From a virus, in the IMG/VR virus record IMGVR_UViG_3300027782_000037, positions 64,001-128,000 of that record: a stretch of 64,000 nucleotides of DNA, one strand, 5' to 3'. Positions 1-8,057 of the stretch are shown piece after piece. Below the pieces are notes generated by a model. That model was not told the DNA's origin. It ran no database searches and saw nothing but the letters and a program-made list of their open reading frames with translations. The position numbers and the translations under genes are program-made. Numbering within the stretch: the first letter of the stretch is position 1; every line of letters starts with the position of its first letter.

Positions 1-3000
1 GATTCCGACGTTGGTGCATTAGCTTGAGAGCCTGTATATTGTTGCTTAATAAGTCTGTCAGCGGTTTCTTTAGGACCGGCGCCGGCAAAGTATCCTATGT
101 CTTCTGGGAACCAAGCAGCAGTTCCTCGAATAGTTTTATATACGTAACGTTTACCTTTAATCCAGAATGGAACCTTTTTATCAGCTTGTGGTGGGATTTC
201 TTCTGGTTTAGTTACCTGGGTAGCGTTGAATGGAATACTAGGGCCTCCTGTATCCGGACCGTCGGCGGCATCCGCTGTCGCGGCCGCCATGTTGGCAGCA
301 TCATAGCCCGCACCAGCACCGCCACCACCAGGGCCGCTTGTATCCGGACCGTCTGCGGCGCCTGCGGTAGCGGCAGCTTGTGCAGCATCGGCAGCTCTGT
401 TAGCACCTACTTGCATCGCGGCACCTGCATCGGCATCTGCCGCGTCAGCAGAAGCACCAGCTTGATCTGCACTGCTACTGGCTGTGCTACCTGTTGGGAA
501 TAGACCATGATATTGATTAATTAAAGAACTAAGTTCTGGATCAGGTTGTTCAGTGTTACCTAACTCCTTGTACAGGGTCTCTATTTCTTTCTTTTCCGCA
601 TCATTCAAATCTTCCAGCAATCTCATTTTATTAAGGAAATGACTAATACTTTCGGTATAACCTTGAGGCGTCGCTGCGTTAAACGGTTCAGCTGGCGCTG
701 GGGGAGTTGATGGATTTCCAGGATAGGTTCCAGGATTATAATGGGGATCAGATGCTGCGGCCGCAGTTATAGAATCAGGACGTTTGCGTGCTTGCGCCAA
801 TAGTTCCTTGAATCGTGCAATCTTGTCAGCTTGTGACTTAGCGGCTGGTGCTGCGGCTGGTGCTGCGGCTGGTGCTGCGGCTGGTGCTGCGGCTGGTGCT
901 GCGGCTGGTGCTGCGGCTGAAACTTTTGCCATTTTTGCTTTAGACTCTGGTCCCCAAATACCGTCTGGTGCTGCGCCTATTTCATTTTGTTTTGCCACAA
1001 CAGCGGCTTTAGTTTTTTGTCCAAAGTCACCATCTTGGTCTTCGGGTTTCATTCCTAGCAGTTTCTGCAGAGCCTTAACTTCCGGACCTTTACTTCCCAC
1101 TGCCAACAAACCACCAGCTGCTGCTGGGGCTGCTGGTTTCGCTGCGGCTGCTGGCGCTGCTGTCTGACCGCGTGGGCCTTGATTAACTCCGTCAGCGGCA
1201 CCAGCAACAGCCTGCGCCTGAGCCTGTGGGGTAACCTTGGCACTACCATCAGGATTAGCATCGTTAATACCTGCGGCACGACCCCAGCCACTACCGTCCG
1301 CCATTGCACTAATAATATGCTGATCGGTAGGATCTGCGCCGCCAATCTTTTGTTTCATTTGCGGACTTAATTTAGCATAGGCGGCTGCTTGCGGGCTACC
1401 AGCAGGCCAGGGACCGTTTGGGCCCGTAGCTGCCGGCGCTGCTTCATCTATTTCTATGAAATCGGAAGGCATACCTTGTGATCCATGCATGTGTTCCGCA
1501 TCATCATCGCCGCCGACACCCATGCTGTGCAGTAATTCTTTAATACGAGCAACATCATCACCACTTACATCGATAGTAATGTGTTCATCTTCTTCACCTT
1601 CGTCACCTTTGGTTGAATTGGTTGTGATGTTGATACTTTCAGATAGCATAGTGTTGTACTTACGATTCCATGAATCATAAATTCCTTTACCTACACTCAT
1701 GCCACCTGAAGATTTGCCACCTGCCGCTGGAGCCACCGAACCGGAAGTTGTTGTTTCTTCAACTTTCTTTTCTTTTTTATCTTTCTTTTTGCCGCCTTCT
1801 TCATCCTTACCTAAACGACCAGCAACAACATCACCTCGTGTTACTTTGTCATAGGGTTTAGCATTATTCGCTAAATTACCATCGCCTTTGCCTTCTTCAG
1901 TTTTTTTAGCTGGTTTATCACCTTCCTTGGCTTTTTTGGTAGGCTTATCACTGCCCTTGGCCGGCGCGGCAGGCTTGGCTGGTGACTTAGACTTGTTGGC
2001 TTTGATAGCTTTGTCTACTGACCCAGCATGTTCTGCTTTGCCAGATTCTTTTTTGCCATCACCATCGTAGTCTTTTTTAGCTTTAGCACCGCCAACTACT
2101 TTGGCTATGCCGGCTGCTTTTCTAGCAGCAGGAGCTACGTTATTCACAAAATGACCCATACCTTGTTTTACAGCTTCTAAATCAATTTCACGACCTCGAC
2201 CATGCCCTGGCATTGATTGGCCACAATGTGGACATTCGCCACGACCTTCATCCATTTCTTTTGATCGAGCATGTTTAGGAACGTGTGTACCCGCTAAACG
2301 AGCACCACCACCGCCTTTACTGCCAGCAGGACGTCCACGCTTACGGGGGCCATCTGAACTTGCTACTGGTTTTTCAACTTCATCGCTGTCAAACGGAACT
2401 TCTTTGCGCTTACGTGTGTAAACTGTTCCGCCTGCTGGGCTTCTGTCACGACTATATGCAGAATCTAAATCAGCAGTTGGCTTTCCAAATTTTGAATCAT
2501 ATTCATCTGATCCTGGGAACATACTTCCTTCAAATTCCATGCCATTGTGTGCATCAGCAGCACCCGGACGGCCATTGTATGGGCGACTGGTTGAACGCGA
2601 TTTTGGATTAGCAGGTGCAATTTTATTTTTTAAATAACTTAAAATATCCTCTTCTGATTCGTCCAGAGGAGCAGGTTGGTTCTTAGGTTCGTCGTTACAA
2701 TGCACTGGGCATTCATCTTGTCCCAATGTCTTGCAGCAGCACTTGAGTTTGGCTTTCTTGCCAGCGCCAGTCTTTTTCATTGACTCGGATAGTGATCTAG
2801 GTTTACTGCCGGATGCCACGACTTCGTAATCATCAGGATCTGTATCGAAATGTTTTCCACATAGTCTGTCTATCGCATGGCCTACCGATTGCCCAAGAAC
2901 ATTTCTTGCTACTAATTTCCAGGACGGCATTCCATGGCGTTCGGTCCACATATAAATGTCTTTCAACTCATTATAGTCATGTGTTTCGTCTAGGTCAGTC

Positions 3001-4082
3001 ATAACTGGCGGCTGACCAGTGTCTCTCTGGCCAACACGTCTCTTTGCTGTACGTTGATTCTTTTGCGCTCGCAGTCTGGCAATTGCCGCATCATCCCAGT
3101 CTTTATTTCTAGGATTCATATCTTTTGGTTGTTCACCGTGCATATCACATTCTCCCATGGCACATTCCGCACATTCCTCACCTTCTGCCATACCTTGTTG
3201 GCCACCTTTTGCTCGGGCTTGTTCTCTAGTAGGACTGAATCCTTCTGCTCGTGCTTGTGCATGTTGGCTAGGATAAACTGATGCTTTCATTAACTTACCA
3301 TCTATAACGATATACCAGTCAGATGGATCTAGATCATGACGCTCATCATCTTCTCGATCTCTTGCGCCGCCAACACCACGGAAACCACGGTCTGCTTCAT
3401 CAATATTACCATGTCTGTTATCATGCATATGTCGGTCGTTCATACCCACAAGAATTTCTTCAACTACACTAGCAGAACAATCTAAATCCATAGCAATAAT
3501 ATCTGTTAATTCGCCAATGGCCTCATCTGATATAGGGAATTCTATGCCCTTGTGTTTTACTGCCTGCTCTACCTCAGAATACCAAGAGTCCACCAACTCT
3601 GCATGTTGATCATCAGGATCTCTATCGTAGTCGCCGCCGCCTTGATGCCAAATAGAGTTTGGATCAGATAATTCTCTGGGATCATGCCCCCATTCGTTAA
3701 CTTTTTTCTTACCTTTGCCTTGTATGTTAAGGGCAAAGTTAGCACGTTTCTTTTCTAGAGGAGTACCCGATTTCTTAAGACTGTTTAATTTTTTGTCGCC
3801 AATTTTCTTGTCTTGTGGAATACCTTCTTGCTTATGTAAGGCACCTTTCTTGACTGTTGTAGCAGCTTTGCTCAATGACTTGTCTTTTGCTTCTAGAGTA
3901 TTGCTACCATACGCACCGCCGGTGCCATCTTCCATAAGACTACGTAAGTCTGTACGTAATGCTTCTTCAAGTGTCTTTTTAGCAGGTGATTTGGCGGCAA
4001 CAGTTCGTGTTTCAACTAATGGTGTCTTGGGTTCAGCACCGATGCTGGTTAGTCTTTTGTTTAGGTCATAAAATGGGTTCAT
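1..4082 (-). CDS. Large internal-head-type (poly)protein, >1360 aa, 3' end outside window; contains a PG_binding_1-like domain, an AT-hook and small Cys/His motifs
   Basis: Translated by hand: ATG at 4082 (MNPFYDLNKRLTSIGAE...), SD AAAGGA upstream, no stop in this frame down to position 1. The ORF track lacks it, presumably because it has no stop. Motifs: LAVGSKGPEVKALQKLLG..DGDFGQKTKAAV..Q..IG..PDGIWGPES (~930-1110), PRKRGRPAGSK (~2318-2350), KKDYDGDGKKES, and many hydrophobic-x-E sites. Confidence 0.85.
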   Translation of the reverse strand, partial: MNPFYDLNKRLTSIGAEPKTPLVETRTVAAKSPAKKTLEEALRTDLRSLMEDGTGGAYGSNTLEAKDKSLSKAATTVKKGALHKQEGIPQDKKIGDKKLNSLKKSGTPLEKKRANFALNIQGKGKKKVNEWGHDPRELSDPNSIWHQGGGDYDRDPDDQHAELVDSWYSEVEQAVKHKGIEFPISDEAIGELTDIIAMDLDCSASVVEEILVGMNDRHMHDNRHGNIDEADRGFRGVGGARDREDDERHDLDPSDWYIVIDGKLMKASVYPSQHAQARAEGFSPTREQARAKGGQQGMAEGEECAECAMGECDMHGEQPKDMNPRNKDWDDAAIARLRAQKNQRTAKRRVGQRDTGQPPVMTDLDETHDYNELKDIYMWTERHGMPSWKLVARNVLGQSVGHAIDRLCGKHFDTDPDDYEVVASGSKPRSLSESMKKTGAGKKAKLKCCCKTLGQDECPVHCNDEPKNQPAPLDESEEDILSYLKNKIAPANPKSRSTSRPYNGRPGAADAHNGMEFEGSMFPGSDEYDSKFGKPTADLDSAYSRDRSPAGGTVYTRKRKEVPFDSDEVEKPVASSDGPRKRGRPAGSKGGGGARLAGTHVPKHARSKEMDEGRGECPHCGQSMPGHGRGREIDLEAVKQGMGHFVNNVAPAARKAAGIAKVVGGAKAKKDYDGDGKKESGKAEHAGSVDKAIKANKSKSPAKPAAPAKGSDKPTKKAKEGDKPAKKTEEGKGDGNLANNAKPYDKVTRGDVVAGRLGKDEEGGKKKDKKEKKVEETTTSGSVAPAAGGKSSGGMSVGKGIYDSWNRKYNTMLSESINITTNSTKGDEGEEDEHITIDVSGDDVARIKELLHSMGVGGDDDAEHMHGSQGMPSDFIEIDEAAPAATGPNGPWPAGSPQAAAYAKLSPQMKQKIGGADPTDQHIISAMADGSGWGRAAGINDANPDGSAKVTPQAQAQAVAGAADGVNQGPRGQTAAPAAAAKPAAPAAAGGLLAVGSKGPEVKALQKLLGMKPEDQDGDFGQKTKAAVVAKQNEIGAAPDGIWGPESKAKMAKVSAAAPAAAPAAAPAAAPAAAPAAAPAAKSQADKIARFKELLAQARKRPDSITAAAASDPHYNPGTYPGNPSTPPAPAEPFNAATPQGYTESISHFLNKMRLLEDLNDAEKKEIETLYKELGNTEQPDPELSSLINQYHGLFPTGSTASSSADQAGASADAADADAGAAMQVGANRAADAAQAAATAGAADGPDTSGPGGGGAGAGYDAANMAAATADAADGPDTGGPSIPFNATQVTKPEEIPPQADKKVPFWIKGKRYVYKTIRGTAAWFPEDIGYFAGAGPKETADRLIKQQYTGSQANAPTSE
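841..918. repeat. Perfect 12-bp tandem repeat (GCGGCTGGTGCT) x6.5 encoding an (APAA)n linker
   Basis: Directly visible; no synonymous variation between units. Confidence 0.95.
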
Positions 4083-4087
4083 TACTA

Positions 4088-4699
4088 TTATCCTTTAGTT
4101 TTTGCGCCGGTTGCTGGGCGTTTGGGTCTTTTTTCTGCATGAGTTAGTGGACTAGTATTGCCCATTTTCAAGTCATTCGTTGTTTCCGCTGCCTTAGGGC
4201 TACCGCCGGCAATAGTAAAGTTTGAACGATATGCATTTTTTAATACAGCGTGATCATACGGATCAGCCGAATAATCTTTCTTCTGTTCTTTCTGTGCTTT
4301 GTCATCTGCTGGATAATCAGTATCATCTAGCAATGATGGCGGTTGATCTGCCAGTTTTTTCTGATAGTCATCGTTATTATCATCATATACAGATGTCTGC
4401 ATAACAATTTTATTTTCATCTAACCCAAGTAAACGAGCGATCTGTTTGATCTGTGGCTCAATTGCTGGGTAACGAAACATAACATCTATACTGGTGACTT
4501 TATCGTTTTCAAATGCTGGAAAATCAGCAGGCTTTGCTTGAATGGGCGTGGATTTTTCAGTACCAATTTTAAGTGGATCAAATTGTTCCAGACGTCCCTT
4601 CAGCGCATCGTAGAAACCCGAGGGCAATTCACCTACTATCTTAATGCGATAGTTATAGGTTCTTTCGCTTTCTGCCAAATACTCTTTAAAATTTTTCAT
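4088..4699 (-). CDS. Conserved hypothetical virion/head protein with capsid-targeting-like N-terminus
   Basis: N-terminus MKNFKEYLAE resembles the T4 internal-protein targeting peptide (MKTYQEFIAE); late promoter and SD upstream. Confidence 0.6.
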   Translation of the reverse strand: MKNFKEYLAESERTYNYRIKIVGELPSGFYDALKGRLEQFDPLKIGTEKSTPIQAKPADFPAFENDKVTSIDVMFRYPAIEPQIKQIARLLGLDENKIVMQTSVYDDNNDDYQKKLADQPPSLLDDTDYPADDKAQKEQKKDYSADPYDHAVLKNAYRSNFTIAGGSPKAAETTNDLKMGNTSPLTHAEKRPKRPATGAKTKG

Positions 4700-4716
4700 G
4701 ATTAATTCCTATAGTA

Positions 4717-4722
4717 TATTTA
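4717..4722 (-). promoter_or_regulatory. T4-like late promoter core TAAATA
   Basis: ATAAATA 18 nt upstream of ATG 4699. Confidence 0.6.
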
Positions 4723-4724
4723 TG

Positions 4725-5225
4725 TCATTTGTCTTTTTGTGCTCGATCCCCAATTAGGCGATCCAGCAGGTCATTGCGGGTTAATACCTGCCCCTGAGCT
4801 GTTGGTAAGTTATCCAAATTGCCGGTTCGCTTGGCTGCGTCTTGATCCAACTTCAGTTTCCTAAGCTGTAAATCAATCATCTTTAATTTCTTGTTTAATT
4901 TGGTTGTTTTTGCTGTCAGAGCGTGCCCCAGCATAGTACCAGCTACTGCAAATAGCTCTGCAGAGTAGCGACTATCCACATTCATACCTAAATCACTTAA
5001 ATCTTGATAGCTTTGTTTAGCCAGGTCTGCTATATCGTCCAATTCTCTATCAGATGCCATCAAGTCCCGTATTGCGGGTAACGCTTCGTCAATCTTATCT
5101 ATAGTGCTGTCAATGTTAACTATCGCGGTACGTGTTTCTTCCATGGTCATGTTTTCCACAACTGGAATATCTTCTGAATCTTCCAGTTGGTCGAAACCAA
5201 AAAGCTGCTCTAATTTTTTTGTCAT
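4725..5225 (-). CDS. Putative terminase small subunit (gp16-like helical protein)
   Basis: 166 aa with a predicted two-helix oligomerisation core (ELDDIADLAKQSYQDL...ELFAVAGTML...LKMIDLQLRKLKL) and C-terminal TRNDLL; adjacent to gp4. Resemblance judged by eye. Confidence 0.45.
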   Translation of the reverse strand: MTKKLEQLFGFDQLEDSEDIPVVENMTMEETRTAIVNIDSTIDKIDEALPAIRDLMASDRELDDIADLAKQSYQDLSDLGMNVDSRYSAELFAVAGTMLGHALTAKTTKLNKKLKMIDLQLRKLKLDQDAAKRTGNLDNLPTAQGQVLTRNDLLDRLIGDRAQKDK

Positions 5226-5230
5226 ACTGT

Positions 5231-5236
5231 TATTTA
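5231..5236 (-). promoter_or_regulatory. Late promoter TAAATA-N5-ATG (leaderless), inside a 7-bp inverted repeat 5224-5242
   Basis: Minus strand reads atactgTAAATAacagtATG. Confidence 0.7.
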
Positions 5237-5257
5237 CAGTATTTTACGGGAGACCAT

Positions 5258-5692
5258 TTACTTTTTACGTCCAGAATGAAAGATATCATTTTCTGTGATG
5301 ACTCGAAAACCTAGTCCATTTTGTTTGGCCCAACTTTGCGCTGCGGCCCATTTTGAATAGTTGATAGCTATAGTGGCTCGTTGACTATCTTTCATATTTT
5401 CCACAAGTATACTTTGATTACGTGGTTTTATTTCTATTAATTCGGCTTTGTTAGTATTTTGCGGCCCACGGTATACTACAATAAAATCAGGCACATACAT
5501 GGTCATCTTGCCATGTAAGGGGTGTCGGTAGGGAATTCTAACAGGTTCACTCGCCCAGTTTACCACATTTTCATTGTGATCACAAAAATGCATGAATGTC
5601 TGTTCCCAACCTGAACGATAACGAGGCTTTCCCTTGCCCACATACTTGTGAGCGTTGGTTACTTCGTATAATCCTTGACGAAAACTGGGCAT
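5258..5692 (-). CDS. gp4: Head completion nuclease (T4 gp4 family, TnsA-like PD-(D/E)xK)
   Basis: YRSGWE..FM..CD....WASE...IPY......YVPDF.....LIEIKP....KWAAAQ.W...G..F.VITE. Confidence 0.9.
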   Translation of the reverse strand: MPSFRQGLYEVTNAHKYVGKGKPRYRSGWEQTFMHFCDHNENVVNWASEPVRIPYRHPLHGKMTMYVPDFIVVYRGPQNTNKAELIEIKPRNQSILVENMKDSQRATIAINYSKWAAAQSWAKQNGLGFRVITENDIFHSGRKK

Positions 5693-5694
5693 AA

Positions 5695-6054
5695 TTATTG
5701 TCTAACGTTATGGGCAGCGTAATAGTTTGGTATCACAGTTGCCTGAATACCTAACATAGTTGCACGACTCTGAAATGTATTAAGATAATAGGCAAATACC
5801 AGTGTTACCTGAGGGCCTGATAAGCCTTCGATGGATTGTAACAATTGCATAACAGGAATTCCTGATGCAGCCGCAATTCGAAACATTGTTGTTGTGAAAT
5901 TATTTGCCTGTGCTGTGGTACCAAATACCGATAATAGATAACTACGCACCGCATCATATTCCTGTGCAGGCACAGCCTGTTGATAGTCGTTGAACCTATC
6001 AAATATTTGTACGGTTAAATCAATAGCAGAATTAATAGCATTAATAGTGGCCAT
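5695..6054 (-). CDS. Hypothetical protein in tail operon
   Basis: 119-aa ORF with SD AAGGA, tightly packed between neighbours. Confidence 0.75.
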   Translation of the reverse strand: MATINAINSAIDLTVQIFDRFNDYQQAVPAQEYDAVRSYLLSVFGTTAQANNFTTTMFRIAAASGIPVMQLLQSIEGLSGPQVTLVFAYYLNTFQSRATMLGIQATVIPNYYAAHNVRQ

Positions 6055-6063
6055 GAGTAATCC

Positions 6064-7335
6064 TTAACCGTAACTTGGATTATCTGGAGTGCCGACAAAG
6101 TTAACGCCCGCCTTTGCCTCATATTCTGAATTAAACACACTTTGAGCTACATTTGCTGATGCAACTGGAAAAATCATGCCATTTGGTGAATTAACCGCAG
6201 CCCTGGTTGCATCGGGTAAACTTTGCAACGCCTGTGAAATAGCGTCATACTGTAAAGCTGGTTGTACAATGCTTAGTCGATCTACGTTACTAAATGTATT
6301 GTATACAGCTGATGCAGCTTGCACAGCACCAATAACGTTTTGTAATCCGTTTTGTCCTGTGTTAAGTGCCTGCAGATCTTGAATAGATCCATTACGTGAA
6401 CTCACTAATCCGCCCTGGCCAAATACACTTTCGTTACCGCCCGGACGAGTAATGCCAGAAGGTATAGTGTCGTAGTGTGAGGGATCGGCAAATCCAGTTA
6501 CGTTAGTCGACGGTTGTCTTGCACCAATAGCGCCACTCATATATTTTACAGTTTCATATTCTATTGATACATCATTTTTCATGGTGCCGGAACCTTCGCC
6601 GTAATCATACGTGTCACTGCTCCAGCTGGTGATAACGGGATTAATCAATATCCATGCAGCAAATTTCTTTTGACTCATTCCATAAATTGTGATGTCACGG
6701 AAGAACGGTGGTTTACCATTAGGTGCAAATAGGTTATTTGTACCGCTGGAATAAGTTTCTCCCGCATACCCCCAGTCAGCAGTCTGCAGGATATCATTAT
6801 ATATAGAATCTTGGTAATTAAATCCATTACTAATACCCATAACTTGCCCTAGTGTTCCATTTATATTGGGAACTCGACCAGTTGGTACGTTTTGATATTG
6901 TTGAGTCGCATCTTTATAGTAATATGTGAAGTAGTTATACCACATATTGCGTATTAAATCCGATTGATCGTCATGAAAAGATATTCTACTGGCTTCATAT
7001 CGAATTTTACTTTGTACTATTCTTTTGCGATTATACTGATTCATCACCGCAGTATCAATTTTAAACTTTGGGAGGTCAATACTTTTAACCATCATACCAA
7101 TAGTTTCCACGGTGCCTGATCCGTATGCAGCCTGTAGTTGTGGAATTTGCCCGGTGTTTATATTGAAATAAACATGATATAAAAATTTAAGACGTGGAGT
7201 TAATTGATACCCATTGGGTATAAAAGTTCTTGCTGCGTGGGTATAGTCTTTTAGACCGGGTACACTTTCTATACCCTGCCCAAATCCCTGTAATAAACTG
7301 CTACCCTGGCCAAAATAACCTGTACCTACGCTCAT
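6064..7335 (-). CDS. Tail-tube-fold baseplate protein (gp54/gp48-like tube initiator)
   Basis: MVKSIDLPKF.I......YNRKR..Q.KI.Y....I.FHDD and NPVITSW..DTYDY...V.IEYE are paralogous to the adjacent tube gene. Confidence 0.7.
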   Translation of the reverse strand: MSVGTGYFGQGSSLLQGFGQGIESVPGLKDYTHAARTFIPNGYQLTPRLKFLYHVYFNINTGQIPQLQAAYGSGTVETIGMMVKSIDLPKFKIDTAVMNQYNRKRIVQSKIRYEASRISFHDDQSDLIRNMWYNYFTYYYKDATQQYQNVPTGRVPNINGTLGQVMGISNGFNYQDSIYNDILQTADWGYAGETYSSGTNNLFAPNGKPPFFRDITIYGMSQKKFAAWILINPVITSWSSDTYDYGEGSGTMKNDVSIEYETVKYMSGAIGARQPSTNVTGFADPSHYDTIPSGITRPGGNESVFGQGGLVSSRNGSIQDLQALNTGQNGLQNVIGAVQAASAVYNTFSNVDRLSIVQPALQYDAISQALQSLPDATRAAVNSPNGMIFPVASANVAQSVFNSEYEAKAGVNFVGTPDNPSYG

Positions 7336-7340
7336 ATAGA

Positions 7341-7997
7341 TTAGAATGCGTTAGTATTTACAGTCCCTGTCCCAGTAGCAAGAGTGCCCACTGTACGGGA
7401 GATTGTCTGACCAACGCCGTTGGGCTCACCAGCAGTATTAACTTGAATAGCATTGTCAAAGGTTATGGTCAATGCAATTTTTACAGCTTCGGATGTATTA
7501 TAATCCATTTTACCGTAGTCAGCAGATTTCAAATAACAGCCAAGTACGTCCCATTCTTCCAATACGGTTGGCTCATTTGCGCCATTGCCACCATCAAGGA
7601 CTTGTAGTTGTATTGTGAATTTATAATCGATTGCAGATGCAGCTGAACTTTGTTCCATAAAATCTAATTGTTTCTGTAGCTGTTCACCAACTAATCGACT
7701 TATATTGCCCTGTGCATCATCACGTAATGAACAGGTCATATCACCCCATGAATGTTTTCCAGCCAGTTTAATTGTACTGTTGTAAATTGGTAATTTAATT
7801 TCAGTGAAATCAACTTTTGGTCGGGAAATATCCATAACTTGTTTAGATAATTCCGTAGTAGGTGTACTAACTCCGAAGTTATTGAAGAACACACGGAAGC
7901 GGTACGACAACTTGGGCATTAACATACCCTGTGTTGATGCACTTTGCCCGTCTGCGCCCAGTGGAACAGTCATGTTAGTTAGTGAGGATGTTGCCAT
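7341..7997 (-). CDS. gp19: Tail tube protein
   Basis: YRFRV.F...RPKV.F...LAGKHSW......RDD...W...GCY....YG..DY...I.LTI.FD; directly downstream of sheath. Confidence 0.85.
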   Translation of the reverse strand: MATSSLTNMTVPLGADGQSASTQGMLMPKLSYRFRVFFNNFGVSTPTTELSKQVMDISRPKVDFTEIKLPIYNSTIKLAGKHSWGDMTCSLRDDAQGNISRLVGEQLQKQLDFMEQSSAASAIDYKFTIQLQVLDGGNGANEPTVLEEWDVLGCYLKSADYGKMDYNTSEAVKIALTITFDNAIQVNTAGEPNGVGQTISRTVGTLATGTGTVNTNAF

Positions 7998-8018
7998 TTC
8001 TTAATCTCCGATATACTT

Positions 8019-8024
8019 TATTTA
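8019..8024 (-). promoter_or_regulatory. Late promoter TAAATA for tube operon
   Basis: cTAAATAaagtatatcGGAGattaagaaATG. Confidence 0.7.
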
Positions 8025-8030
8025 GTTAAT

Positions 8031-8055
8031 AAAGTTGGGCGTTTCGCCCAACTTT
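8031..8055 (-). terminator. Stem-loop (probable intrinsic terminator) after sheath gene
   Basis: AAAGTTGGGC-GAAAC-GCCCAACTTT followed by a weak U/A tract. Confidence 0.7.
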
Positions 8056-8057
8056 CT

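Noticed and set aside
24-4071. Short ORFs listed by the track in 1-4.1 kb
   Set aside because: All overlap the single uninterrupted minus-strand frame starting at 4082
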